This document shows positions 1 through 12,988 of a stretch of 64,000 bases of DNA, piece after piece. The position numbers and the translations under genes are program-made. Every line of letters starts with the position of its first letter. Positions within the stretch are counted from its first letter, which is position 1. The stretch comes from Octopus vulgaris (lineage: Eukaryota). The notes under the pieces were generated by a model that did no database searches, had not been told where the DNA came from, and saw nothing but the letters and a program-made list of their open reading frames with translations. The DNA is taken from positions 175,212,001-175,276,000 of the forward strand of contig OX597815.1 of assembly GCA_951406725.2 (NCBI GenBank), in the 5' to 3' direction.

Positions 1-457
1 TTGTCTGCTTTGGCATGGTTCCATGACCGGATGCGCTTCTTCCTAACACCAACCACTTTATAGAGTTCAGTGAGTGCTTTTTGTGTGGCACCAACACTAG
101 CAGGGTTGCCGAGTAACTTGTGAAATGAAGACCTCTCTTCAGCTGGGAGAGAGGGAGAGTGCATCTGTGGGAAGTGGTTCCACTCTCATTTGTGCCAGTT
201 GAGAGGCTGAAGTATATTAGAGGGATAAAAAGAGGTCTTATTGTAGAAGAGATATTTGGCTACCCTAGTAGGAAAAGAGGAGGGAATGGAGAGATTGACA
301 GATTGAGAGGGAGACACATAACCATAGCCATATATATACACACAATCACACATCTATGCATCCATCCAACCATACAGCCATACATACATCCCCCAGGTAA
401 CAATTCAGGGCAGTGTTTTTATGTTTTACTAATTATTAAGTTAATTACTGTTGCCAG

Positions 458-656
458 GCGTCCTACGGGTAATGTTGATGACGACATCCGTGCACACGCG
501 ATGCCAGTGAAGATGAAATTACGAGACAATTTACAGACTATGTTGAGCAAATTGGAAGAAGAGAACAAGCAGTTACAAACCATTGTATGTGAGCGACAGA
601 AGAACCTTATAAAAGGTGAACAAAAACTGAAAGACTATAATGCTTTCTTTGAAAAA
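458..656 (+). CDS. PMF1: Internal exon of PMF1/Nnf1-like MIS12-complex kinetochore protein (gene starts upstream of window)
   Basis: Acceptor ttgccAG, donor GTGAGT. Encodes (W)RPTGNVDDDIRAHAMPVKMKLRDNLQTMLSKLEEENKQL..., resembling the PMF1 WRPSGxPExD...EEENxQL motif followed by a coiled coil (recognition from memory). Confidence 0.7.
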
Positions 657-884
657 GTGAGTTGAAATTTGAAATAACTTTCTTTTTTATGTTACATATT
701 TTATAGAACAATGTGTGAAGCCAAGCAATATTGTGGGTTACAAATTGTCAGTGGATCAGTCTGTATTTCTAATGGAAACAGCAACATAAGCAAGTTGGGA
801 ATGGATGGGGGTGTCTTTAGAAACAACACTCGTTTACTGATTTTTACATCCTTCAACAATATACACCAAAAGATATAAATCTAT

Positions 885-1800
885 CATCATTATCATCATC
901 ATTGTTCAACATCCATTTCCCATGCTGGCATGGGTTGGACGGTTTGACTGAGAACTAGCAAGCCAGGAGGCTGCACTAGGCTCCAGCATATATATATATA
1001 AAAATTTGTTTCTACGCCAACCACTCTGAGAGTGTAATTGGTGCTTTTTATGTGTCACCGGCAGGGAGCTAGTCAGATGGCACTGGCATCGGCCATGCTC
1101 AAATGGTGCTTTTTATGTGCTAGTCAGGCAGCACTGGCATCAGCCACGCACAAATGGTGCTTTTTACATGCCACCAGCACAGGTGCCAGTCAGGTAGCAC
1201 TGGCATTGGCCATGACTATGATTTCACTTGGTTCAACAGGTCTGCTCAAGCTCAGCATGTTGCCTGATGATTGAAGGGTGCTTTTAAAGGGGCCAGTTAT
1301 GAGACACAAGCTTCGGTCATGACTACAATCTCACTTGGCTTGCCAGGTCGTCTCAAGCACAACATATCTCCAAAGGTCTCGGTCACTTGTGATTCCCTCT
1401 GTGAGGCCCAGCATTCGAAGGCTGTGCTTCACCATCTTATCCCATGTCTTCTTGGTTTTACCTCTTCCACGGGTTTCCTTCACTGTTAGGGTTTGACACT
1501 TCTTCACATAGCTGTCCACATCCATGCACATCACATGATTATACCAGTGCAGTCGTTTCTCTTGCACACCACATCTGATGCTTCTTATGCCCAACTTTTC
1601 TCTCAGGGCACTTACACTGTCGTGTATGCACACTGACATTACACATCCAGTGGATCATGCTAGCTTCATTTCTTTCAAGCCTACGCATGTCCTCAGCAGT
1701 CACAGCCCATGTTTTACTGCTGTGTAGCATGACTGTTCGCACACAGGCATCATACAGTCTACCTTTCACTCTGAGCGAGAGGCCCTTTGTTACCAGCATA
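885..1800 (-). mobile_element. 5'-truncated RTE-clade LINE (ORF2 C-terminus, 3'UTR, (GAT)n tail)
   Basis: ORFs 1539-1826 and 1331-1639 match the RTE C-terminus of the 62-63 kb copy (GRLYDACVRTVMLH, RLHWYNHV). (CAT)n at about 885. Confidence 0.9.
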
Positions 1801-2035
1801 TATATGTATAAAAATTTGTAGTGCAATATATAGATTCAAAGGATCCTGTGGCTATCGTGGAAAGCTTCTCTAGCAAATCCAGCTTGCAGACCACATAGGA
1901 ATCCACTATAGAGGAAGATAATGCAGAGTTCTTTGCAGTTGAAAAATGTAAAATAACTTATACACACAAATTATTATTTCATGATGACGGCTGCAAATTG
2001 GCTGTAATCCTAAGGATATCATCATCATCAAGATC

Positions 2036-3035
2036 CTTTAACTGATGCAGCTAATCATTGGGATACCACTCTAGACACTTTCATAGTCAGCCATCACCAT
2101 TGGCCCCCATTCTCTGTCATGCATAGCAAGTTCTGTGTTGTGACCCATCCAGTCCTTGATGTTGTCAAACCTGCATTTTCTCTGTCTGCTTTTCTTTCAC
2201 GCTGAGAATTGGTTTTCAACTGGACGTTTTGGTGGGATACGTGACCATATCAGGCAAGCTTCTGTCTTTTTACCTGCGTAAGGAGTGGTTCCTGTCTGCC
2301 AGTATATTTGTCGATTTGCTGCCTGACAAAGCTGTTCATTTTGTGCTCTGCGTACAGGACTCGTAATAGCCTTCCAAAGCACTTGTGCTCAAACGCCTAC
2401 ATTCTTCACTCCATGTCAGCTGTAAGAGTCCGGCTCTCATACCCATACAGAAAGATTGAAATCATCAGGGTCTTCACACTCTGAGTCTTGTTGGAAAATT
2501 AACGAAATTGCTGCCTCATAGGTTGTTCTGCTTCTTCATGGCATCAGGGGCTGAACTGAGTCTTGTTGTTATCCACTTTTGAGATCTGCTGTCTTTGGTC
2601 AAAGTGAATCCTAGGTCCTTGTAGGGGTCCACCTCTCTGTTGAGCATGATGTTGATTGCTGAGTCTCTGCTTGTTACTGTTAACCATGATCTTGCTCTTT
2701 TCTGGACTTCATCCCATACACTACTTCTGCTACTTTTTGCAGTCTGGTGGTGAGCTCCTGTAGTTGTGCTCCGCTGCTTCCTAACAGGTTAATGTCATCA
2801 GCAAAGTGCAGATTGGAAATGGACCATCTTCCAATAGAAACAGACAGGTGGCGGTCTTAAGTGTCTCCAGCATGATGTTCTCTGGGAAGATGCTGAAAAA
2901 CATTGGAGAGAGGATACGTCCTTGTCGAAAACCCACTGTTGTCCTGAAGAATTCTCCAATGCTGTTGTTCAGGAGAACTGCACTACTTGAGTTTTCATAC
3001 ATCACAAGCAGTGTTGTTTGTTCCAGTTTTCTGTG
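2036..3035 (-). mobile_element. Decayed RT fragment of a second RTE/BovB-like LINE family
   Basis: Minus strand reads VGFRQGRILSPMFFSIF and, after a frameshift, NLHFADDINL. Confidence 0.7.
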
Positions 3036-3269
3036 AAAAACTGATCTTGGGGAAATGTTACCTTGCTAGGAGGATTGGTAACATGAAGGGTATCCAGCTA
3101 TAGAAAATCTACCTCACCATATTCTGTCTGGTCCATGCAAGCATGGAAAAATGAACATAAAAATGATGATGATGATGATGATATGTAGCTGTACCATAAA
3201 AAAATGATAATATTTTTCAAGAAATAGACTGAAACTAGTGTTTAGTAAATTCATAATCGATGAAGTGTG

Positions 3270-4143
3270 CAGTTACCTGCATGAACTAATGCAAGTTGCA
3301 AGACTTGGTGAACTTCAACACCTTGAACTCACATTGCAGCCCTGGGAATTGCATCACTCCAAGGTCATCTGGTCAAGAGGCAGTCACGACACAAAAATGC
3401 CATCCATTGCCACTGTAGGCAGTGGTGAAGAATCAGGAATTGCAGAAAAGGGTACGGGATGAAAAGGGTCAGCTGATTCGCCTGAGAAGCACCACTTTAT
3501 CCTACATTTCTAGCTAGACAGACTTGGAGGAACAATCTGGTCTGGAAAAAGAGGTTATGGAAGTTTGAAGACTCGGCAAACCGGCAGAAATTAAGACATT
3601 TTAATGGAAACTTCTGAGAGGGAGGAGGAGTTAGAGACATATAGTATGGAAGACAAGTGAATGTTCCTGCAGGACAACCTACTGAGAGCTTCAGACCAAA
3701 TCTGTGGATGATGTATAGTCTTGGTCAAGCTGAGAGTGACATGGTGGTGAAAGAAGGAGATGGACAGAGTTAGAAAAGCAAAAAGACAGGCTTGAAATCT
3801 GAGAAGAAAGAGGTATGGAAGTGTTATTGTGAAAGGTTATTAAATGTGGAAAAAGAGAATCTTTTGACCCTCAACAGAGGGACCATCCATCAGATTTGAT
3901 AGCAGTATGGTAGATGAGGCAATAAAGGATTTGAAGACAGGGAAAACCCCCTAGACCACCAGAAATCACTGCTGAGATGCTTAAGCTATTCGGTGGAATA
4001 GGATGTGACCTTAGTCACTTGTATAGTTAATCAGATTATCCAGAGAGGTGTCATCCTCAATGTAAGTAGTATTGTAGTTAGCTGCTACAAGAGTAAAGCT
4101 GATGTCTTAGATACAAACAATTATAGATGTATTGAACTGCTGG

Positions 4144-4192
<49 letters not shown>

Positions 4193-4435
4193 ATAGCCTA
4201 ATTGATTAGGAACTAGACTAATCTAGGAATTAGACTGCATGAGATGCAGTTTGGTTTTTGTGCCAGGGAAGAGTACTCCAGATGCCATCTTCCTAGTGAC
4301 AAACCTACAGGAGAAGTATCTAGCTAAAAGTAAACCATTGTGCTTGGCATTCGTTGATCTGGAGAAAGCCTTCAACAGAATCCTTCATCTTATTACTGGT
4401 GGTCTCTGAGGAAGTTAGGGGTAAACAAATGGCTT
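3270..4435 (+). mobile_element. Highly decayed internal RTE LINE fragment with an (AG)n microsatellite
   Basis: Nucleotide similarity to 61800-62350 (gagatgcagtttggttt, gatgccatcttcctagtg, ggagaaagccttc). (AG)n at about 4148-4190. Confidence 0.8.
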
Positions 4436-5598
4436 GTCTCAATATGTATAACACTTGAAAGACTGCTGTGTTGACCATTGCAGCAGCTGATCATACCCTA
4501 CATATACTGATCAAAGCTATGACAATGTCATACTGCAGAGAAATAACATACTTCAAACAGGACAGGATAATATTGAAAATCAAACTGTTTTTGGCAAATT
4601 AGTCACACACAGGAGATTGATTCCACAGTGCTTGACAACAACACAAAAAATAAGGTAAAAAGATTCAAGTAGTAGTCTGTCTTGAGAAGATTTGTTGAGT
4701 CAATCGAAATCGTAGCTGTGGTCGGTGCCACCTGACTGACACCCGTGCAGGTGGCACATAATAAACACCATTTGAGTGTAAGTCAATGCCCGTGCCACCT
4801 GACTGGCTCCCTGTGCTAATGGCATGTAAAAAGCACCATAAGAACATGGTCAATGTCAGTGGCCCCTGACTGGCTCTTGTGCTGGTGGCATGTGAAAAGC
4901 ACCATCGAAATGTGGTTGATGCCAGTGCCGCCTATCTGACTCCCATGCCAGTGGCACATAAAAAGCAGTCACTACACTCTCAGAGTGATTGGCATTAAGA
5001 AGGGCATCCAGCTGTAGAAACCTTGCCAAATCAGATTGGAGCCTGGATTTGCCTACTGGCTTGACAGTCCTCGATCAAACTGTTCAACCCATACCAACAT
5101 GGTAAGTGGACGTTAAATGATGATGATAATGATATATACATACAAATACATTCATGCATATCATCATCATACGCTTGTTTTTCATACTAGCGTGGGTTGG
5201 ATGGCTTGACAGGAGCTGCCTGGCCTCAAATTGTCTGCTTTGGCATAGTTTCTATGGCTGCATGCCCTTCCTAATTCCAGCCACTTTACAGAGTGTACTG
5301 GGTGCTTTTTTCATGGCAATTTCCTTCATTTGTAAAGAAACTCACATTAGGTGACATAGTCATGGATACACTATGATTATACTATGACGTAATCATAGCT
5401 AAAAAAAAAAGAAAGGTTAGTACTCAATCAGATGAATGATGTCTTTGATCATCTGCTTTTCCAGTTATAGTTGAGCTGAGGCTGAACAACAAGAAAAGGT
5501 CCCAAAATGAGAATTCTGAGAAACATTGTTGATTGAGTAGTTGAGAAAATAAAATACATCAAAATATATATTAGATTCATTTTTTTTTTCTTTTGCAG

Positions 5599-5652
5599 AT
5601 AGCTGTGAGTGCTGAAGCTATCAAGAAATCACCCGAACTGTCGGAAGCCTAA
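5599..5652 (+). CDS. PMF1: Probable terminal coding exon of the PMF1-like gene (IAVSAEAIKKSPELSEA*)
   Basis: Strong polypyrimidine tract plus ttgcAG acceptor. Phase 0 matches the preceding donor; short ORF ends in TAA at 5650-5652. Confidence 0.55.
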   Translation: MAVSAEAIKKSPELSEA

Positions 5653-6379
5653 GAATTCTCTCTACAAAAGTGCAGGTCATTTTTGTTAAGGATGGATCAC
5701 ATTAGAATGAATTAATAGGGATTGGGGAGTATAGCAAATTGAATTAACAGCCTTATCAGTTTTGGTTTGGAGAGCAAAGTCAGAGGTTTCAACTAAAAGA
5801 TGTAAAAACTATAAAAACCAGTGATCCAATGCCTGCCTATCTGTAAGACCCTAATGTTTTCTGTGGGGAGATGAGTTTTCAATTTGGTGGATTCATTCAG
5901 ATTTCATTGCCAAGTAATTCTTAATTTTACCAATTATAAATGAATGTGTGAGTCTGTGTGTATGTATGTGTATATATATATATGTGTGTGTGTTCATATG
6001 AATAGGTTTGTATATGTATAAAATGTATATAAGTAAATGTGTGTGTGCGTGTATATATATATATATATATCATCATTGTCGTATAACATCTGCTTTCTAC
6101 GCTGGCATGAGTTGGGTGGTTTGACTGAGGATTGGCAAACCAGGAGGCTGCACCAGGCTCCAATGTGATCTGGCAAGGTTTCTACAGCTGGATGCCCTTC
6201 CTAATGCCAACCACTCCGTGAGTGTAGTGACTGCTTTTTATGTGTTACCTACACGAAAGCCAGTCACGCTGCACTGGCAGTAATCACATTTAGATGGTGC
6301 TTTTTATGTGCCACCGGCACAGGGAGTCGGTCAAGCAGCACTGGCATTGACCATAACTACAATTTTGAGTTTGATTTTT

Positions 6380-7532
6380 GGGAGGCCGTAAATAATGTCG
6401 TTTTTTATACTAATTTTACTTTTCAAAATTAAGATAAACAAACTTCTTTTTTAATCTAAAATATACTCTCCTTTAATTTCTACAATGCTCTTCCATCTAT
6501 CTGGTAGACTTGCAAGGCCTCTCTTCCAAAATTCACTTGTCCATGATGAAAAATACTCCTTCAATACTGTTCTGACCTCGTCTACAGAATTCTTATTTTT
6601 TCCGTCAAAGTGATTTTGAAGCCTGTGGAATAAATGATAATCAGATGGAGCAATGTTCGACGAATATAGTGGGTGGGGCATCGTTTCCCATGCAAACTGC
6701 TCCAGCCTTTGGAATGTCATCCTCACTGTATGTGGCTGAGCATTATCCTGCTGGAAGAACACTTTTCGTCTTGAAACCATAGATGGTCGTTTTTCTTCTA
6801 ACACTGACTTAAGCCACTCAAGCTGCTCATAGTAGATCCATCTCCTTTGTTATTGTTTGGTTTGTGTTTTAAAATTCAAAGTGGACTAAACCTTTCATAT
6901 CCCACCAAACAGATAACAACACCTTACGTGGGTGAAAACCTTCTTTAGCCTGGGGTGCTGGTGTTTCTCATATCCCTACCCATTGTCTTCAGTGCCTGAC
7001 ATTTTTATAGAGAACCCATTTCTTGTCACCAGTCACCATTCGGTTCAAAAAGGTTCATTTGTGAGATGTGACTGCAAAGAAGAGCACACGTTCACTGTCT
7101 GTGTGCGATTAGACTTGGAAAGGTTGTGAGGAACCCATTGACCCAATTTGCTGACTTTTCCGATGGCACGCAGGTGTTGATGAATGGTTGAATGACCAAA
7201 TCCAAGTTTCTCTGCTGGTTCCTCAACAGTTATGGTAGGATTTTCTTCCATCAGGGTTTGCAGGATATCCTCATCGAACTCTACAGATCTTCCAGGATGA
7301 GGCTTGTTTTCTAGGCTGTAGTTTCCAGTTCAGAATTTCTGGAACCACCATTGACACTGGCTTACACTTATTGTCCAATCCCCATATACTGCATTAATAT
7401 TCCTTGCACTAAGAATAAGAACAAGGTAAAACTATTACCTGCTTTTATAGCAAGTTGATGCAGATAGTTTATCCTGTCCCCTCCCCATTTCTAGTTCATG
7501 CATTTGAAAAAAACTGCATTATTTATGGGATG

Positions 7533-7540
<8 letters not shown>
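6380..7540 (-). mobile_element. Mariner DNA transposon relic with a frameshifted transposase
   Basis: Motifs WVPHNLS, FQQDNAQPH, HPLYSSNIAPSDYHLF, GEYI. Imperfect TIRs (taaataatgtcgtttttt at about 6389 versus aaaaaaactgcattattta at about 7507), ending in TA. Confidence 0.9.
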
Positions 7541-7589
<49 letters not shown>

Positions 7590-7755
7590 CAAATAAGAAA
7601 ATGGAGGAACAGATTCCTTTCAATCATCGACTTACAGATAATATCAATTCAAATTATTTATTAACTACTTAAATAGGAACATCCAAATCCAAAAGAATAA
7701 AACAATATACATCAATACTTAAGATAATACCATAAAAATAATACATATAAAATGG

Positions 7756-7881
7756 ATCTTACAGCTGTTTCAGCCTGTAGATAAAGGTATCTCATTGTGC
7801 TTATATTAGTCATATGTATTGAGGTAATATGCACTTAAAAATGAGTTACTTATATATATATCTCAAGGCCTCGTCAGAGAT
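7756..7881 (-). ncRNA. Type I hammerhead ribozyme motif with extended stem II
   Basis: Minus strand reads AUCU-CUGACGA-GGCCU-[89 nt]-AGGCU-GAAA-C-AGCU-GUA-AGAU. All core nucleotides present, 4-bp stem I, palindromic stem III, GUA cleavage triplet. Confidence 0.75.
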
Positions 7882-10291
7882 TATAAAGTACAATTATAAA
7901 AATATAAAATGCAAATATAAATATGAAACAAAATACACATACACAAGAATATATATACATATATATATATATATATAAGTGTATATACATATATATATAT
8001 ACACATATATAAGTATATATATACATACAGATAAGGTTACAGAATGACCTCAACCATAATCGAACAAGGAGTAACTATGAGGAAGCAATTAAACTAACGG
8101 GAAATACCTTCAAATCAAGGATATCACCACCACCAAACAAACATCTGGAAAACTTCGAGCAGGAATTATGGGACACCATCAGAAATATTAAATTTAAAAA
8201 CCACCCATTGAGGAACAACCCTTACCAAAGAAAATTAAAGGAATTAATAAGAACTCTTAAGGGTAAGAATGGTATATTAACCCATTCTGACAAAACTAGT
8301 AACATTTTCAATATTGACATTCTTACATATCATGAGTTATTGCATAAAGAAATCACAAAGAAGTATAAGATTGTACCATTTGATACACTCAGAAAATTAA
8401 ATTTAGAAGCTAAGGAAATTATGTTTGATTACTATCTAGAAGATAAAACTGAACCCTTTACTCCTATTAGACCTAGAATTACAATTAAGGACCATAAGGA
8501 AAATTTTCCTGGTAATACACAAGTTAGACTGATTTGTCCTAGCAAATCTGACTTGGGTAAATTAAGCAAACTAATCCTTGACAAATATTTACCAACTATA
8601 AGAAACAAAATTAAGCTTAGTCATTGGAAGAATACACAGGGCACACTGGATTGGTTCTCTGGTATTAAGGTTAGTAATGGTAGTAACAACAAATTTATCC
8701 AACTAGATATCCAGAACTATTACTCTTCTATAAACCCTATTATACCTAAACCAGGCTTCAATTTTTGCTAGGAGACATACTAACATCAACATGAGGGAAA
8801 TCAAGGTTATTTTAACTGCTAGGAAAACAGTCATAGAATTTGATAACAAATTATGGGCTAGGAAGGACACACCTAACTTATTTGACATCACTATGGGATC
8901 GCCGGATTCAGCGGAAGCGACTGATTTAGTAGGGATGTATTTACTGGATAATTTAAGTAGGGAATTCCCTGAATTGAAGGGCAGCCTATATAGAGATGAC
9001 GCTTTGTTTTTAGTTAAGAATACATCGAATAGAAGACTAGAAATACTGCATGGTATGTAGAATTAGCCCTGGTATTAACTGTAGAACTCAAAATGTAGTT
9101 TACAGCATAAGATGCATAGAAGGTGCTTGTAAAGACATGAACATGACGTACATAGGGGAGACATCTAGGAACATTGCGGAACGACTAAATGAACATCTGA
9201 GACAATATGACGATAAAAAACAGTCCTCCATACTCTACCAACATGGAGGCAACTTGTGTCAACTTGACATCCGCATCTTATCCAAGCACCCAAAAGACCC
9301 AATACTCAGACAAATATGGGAGTATGTCCCTATAAATGAAACTTCCCCAATACTAAATAGGAAATATACATAGTAGATATCATACCCCCTTACCCACAGT
9401 TTACACAGGTAGAATAGAATAGTTAGTGGGCTGTTATGTAGATAGATAGATGTATGTGTGTGTGTATGCACATGTATGTAAGCATAAGGATATGAAAATA
9501 AACAGATCAACATACAGACGGATAGGTACATTGGTTATAAGATCAGACAAGCACACATACACAAATGGAAACTGAAACACATGACCATATATACACACAC
9601 ACTTTACTCTACATATGGAGACACGGGTCCTCACATATAGAGATACACATCCATACATACAAACATGGTACATAGTTGCAAAACACAGACATGCGCACAC
9701 AAGGAGACAGAAGTGCATAACTATACAAACACACACTCACACACATAGAAAATACACAAACACAGACATGCAAGCACATGAATATGCAGAATACATACAT
9801 ACAGATGCACATACATGCATAAAGGCACAAAAAGAAAATGACTCTCCCCAGACACAACAGTATGTATATATATATATAAATTGAGATAGGGGTTGTGAGT
9901 GCAACCCACCATGGGATAACATATATCCAATATACTGCTAGTAAAGCACCCAACAAAGTTAATACATAAATGTTAAAAATTGTGATGCAATTCATTTATT
10001 GTATTATATGGGCAAAGGTAAAATGTTTTACCACAAATTAATAATACAAAATAAGAAAATGGAGAAATACAGCTTAATCAATAATCAACTACCAGATAAT
10101 ACCCAATCACATAATTTATTAAACCACTACATATGAACATTAAGGTCAAACATAATTTATTAAACCACTACATATGAACATTAAGGTCAAACATAATAGT
10201 ACAAAACCATGTACATCAATGAGTAATATGATACAATAAGTACAGTATGTATAAGTGAATATAAATAAATATAAATATAAATATAAACTAC

Positions 10292-10414
10292 ATCTTGCAG
10301 CTGTTTCAGCCATACAGATATGGGTATCTCATTATGCTCATATTAGCCATGTGTGTTAAGTTAATATGTGGTTATAAATGAGACACAAAAATATCCCAAG
10401 GCCTCTTCAGAGAT
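10292..10414 (-). ncRNA. Second hammerhead copy, probably inactive
   Basis: AUCU-CUGAAGA-GGCCU...UGGCU-GAAACAGCUG-CA-AGAU. The cleavage triplet is GCA (U16.1 changed to C). Confidence 0.6.
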
Positions 10415-11032
10415 TATAAAGTACAAACTAAACTAAATATGAATATCAGAGGAGGTACATCCATACAAGAGTGGGTACATACCCATAATATATAATATAC
10501 ACATACATATAAGTGCATATACCCATACTCCTATATATATATATACATATACATAATAATATACAGCAATATACATACATGTTCTATATTCAAGGTTACA
10601 GTTGGTCAAAAGAATATATTAGAATATTACAATATACAAACACACACATATCTAATCTATATTCAAATGCAGATATACAAAGTCAAGAGTTCATTATATT
10701 AAGTTACAAAATGCCATTAATATTGCCATCATTACTATTACCATTGCCACTATTAACTTATCACACATGGCTAATATGAGCATAATGAGATACCCATATC
10801 TGCATGGCTGAAACAGCTGTAAGATGTAGTTTATATTTATATTTGTATTTATTTATATTCACTTATACATACTGTACTTATTGTATCATATTACTCATTG
10901 ATGTACATTGTTTTGTTCTATACTATTATGTTTGACCTTAATGTTCATATGTAGTGGTTTAATAAATTATGTGATTGGGTATTATCTGGTAGTTGATTAT
11001 TGATTAAGGTTTATTTCTCCATTTTCTTATTT

Positions 11033-11078
<46 letters not shown>

Positions 11079-12345
11079 TACATAACATATGCACATATAT
11101 GTCCTCATTGTTTTGACAGCCAATTTCCTATGCTTGCATGGGTGGCCTAGGGTCCATTTTAGCAGAATGTCCCCAGCCAGATGCCCTTGCTATTGTTAGC
11201 CCTGAACTGTTTCAAAATGAGGAAATATTCTCATGTTCTTACAGAAGATTTGAAACACGTGATACTGCTTCTTTGAAACTTGTTTACAACTATTACAAGA
11301 TGTCCAGAGGATGCACATTTGCATATGTTGGCAGCGGCATCTTTGCTGCACCATTCGAGCCTGGCTGATGCCAGTGACATGTAAAAAGCAGCATTCGAGC
11401 ATGACCAATGTCAGTACCACCCCATCTGGCTCCTGTGCCAGTGGTACATAAAAAGCACCCACTACACTCTCAGAGTGGTTGGCGTTAGGAAGGGCGTCCA
11501 GCTGTAGAAACCTTGCCAAATGAGATTGGAGCCTGGTGCTCCCTCCCAACTTGCCAGTTCTCAGTCAAATCATCCTACTCATGTCAGCATCGAAAGCGGA
11601 CATTAAACACTGATTATGATGATGCTGATGTTTGTGCAAAAAAGACATATATGATAAAGGATAAATTGACTATGTATGTGTAAATGGATTGATTCTGCCA
11701 GTGTGTGTGTGTGGAGGGTGTATGTATTTATACATGCATGTCGTTGCCAGTGCCGCTGGACTGGGTCCTGTGCAGGTGGCACGTAAAAAGCACCATTTGG
11801 GTGTGGCCGTTGCCAGTACCACCAAACTGGCCCTTGTGCCAGTGGCACGTAAAAGCACCCACTACACTCTCTGAGTGGTTGGTGTTAGGAAGGGCATCCA
11901 GCGGTAGAAACTCTGCCAGATCAGATTGGAGTCTGGTTCGCCAGACCTCAGTCAAATCGTCCAACCCATGCTAGCATGGAAAGCGGACGTTAAATGATGA
12001 TGATATATATATTTGTCACAATGGCTAATGTCAGGAAATGTGGCATACATACCATAATTATAATTGAATGTTTGTCAAATTTTCTGGTGTGTATGCAAAA
12101 GTTGATATGAATACTAATTTTCTAGACAAAAATATTTATTACCTTAAAATGAAATTGAATAAAACAAATTTCTCTTTTGTATAACTCTGTCCTCACTGTG
12201 TTTGTAGTGTCCATTTACTTATTGCCTTCCACCAAGCTTTGTATGTGCACTCATCCTGTGCCTTTTATGTTAACTCTCTGTATATCTCTTTTTCCTTCTC
12301 TATAACAAGAGAAATCAAACAATCAACATTTATATCAATTCTTTT

Positions 12346-12453
12346 ATAGCATGTTGAATGCACTGTTTCTTGTCTGATCACCAAAGTTGAGTAACATCAA
12401 ACCTAGTTGGTACTTAGGTGGGTGACTGCTAAGGAAACCTGGGTGTTGTAAGC
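12346..12453 (+). pseudogene. 5S rRNA pseudogene (about 10 nt 5'-truncated, CpG-decayed)
   Basis: atagcatgttgaatgcactgtttcttgtctgatcaccaaagttgagtaacatc...gtacttaggtgggtgactgc...gggtgttgtaagc is colinear with invertebrate 5S rRNA as recalled. Most differences are transitions. T5 at 12461-12465. Confidence 0.85.
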
Positions 12454-12465
12454 ATCTCACTTTTT

Positions 12466-12640
12466 AGGTGTAGGCATGGCTGTGTGGTAAGTAGTCTGCT
12501 TCTTGACTGAATGGTTCTGGGGTCAGTCCCATTGCATGGCACCTTGGGTGGGTGTCTTCTACTATAGCTGCAGGCCAACCAAAGGTTTGTGTGTAGATTT
12601 GCTTGATGGAAACTGGAAGAAACTCATTGTGCGTGTACAG
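12466..12640 (+). mobile_element. tRNA-derived CORE-type SINE, 5' half
   Basis: A box tggctgtgtgg, B-box-like ggtcagtccc, CORE-like accttgggtgggtgtctt. Same family as 61288-61680. Confidence 0.75.
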
Positions 12641-12655
12641 ACACATACTCATTCA

Positions 12656-12877
12656 CACAAGGGGATGCTGAAAATTTCCTGGCTTTGGGTAAAAGAAAAT
12701 ATGGGTGGGGGTCAGTTAATTATGATTTTATCCAACATATTCCCCTCTCTAATTCATACACTTATTGCACTGGTCCTTCAGCATTTCTAAGCCCTGTAAA
12801 AGAACTCAGAAGGTTGTGCATCCGACCACTCCTTTTGCAATAGCCTAAAGCCAAGAACTTTTCAGCATCCCCTCATA
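12656..12877. mobile_element. Mariner-derived MITE (related partial copy in the opposite orientation at about 59010-59165)
   Basis: About 30-bp TIRs: aggggatgctgaaaatttcctggctttggg and cctaaagccaagaacttttcagcatcccct. Confidence 0.75.
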
Positions 12878-12988
12878 TCTAGGTATGTATGTATTGTCTA
12901 TCTGGATGCTTTGTTGTCCTATTTTTGTATCACCTAACTGTCCGGATGTTTTGTGTTCTTGTCCCATTTTGTATTTTATATATATATA

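Larger units (their letters stand above)
7586..11036 (+). mobile_element. Rearranged Penelope-like retroelement (RT and GIY-YIG remnants) with three copies of its terminal repeat, bounded by (TA)n
   Basis: RT motifs SDKTSN, ITIKDHKENF, VRLICP, FIQLDIQNYYSSI, ITMGSPDSAE, LYRDD (about 8040-9050). GIY-YIG motifs VVYSIRC...YIGETSR...RLNEH (9050-9373). Terminal repeat at about 7586-7960 and 10043-10480 (antisense) and 10751-11036 (sense). Confidence 0.85.

Noticed and set aside
159-457. N-terminal part of the 168-aa ORF
   Set aside because: Intronic, low-complexity read-through. Only 458-656 is bounded by splice sites and protein-like.
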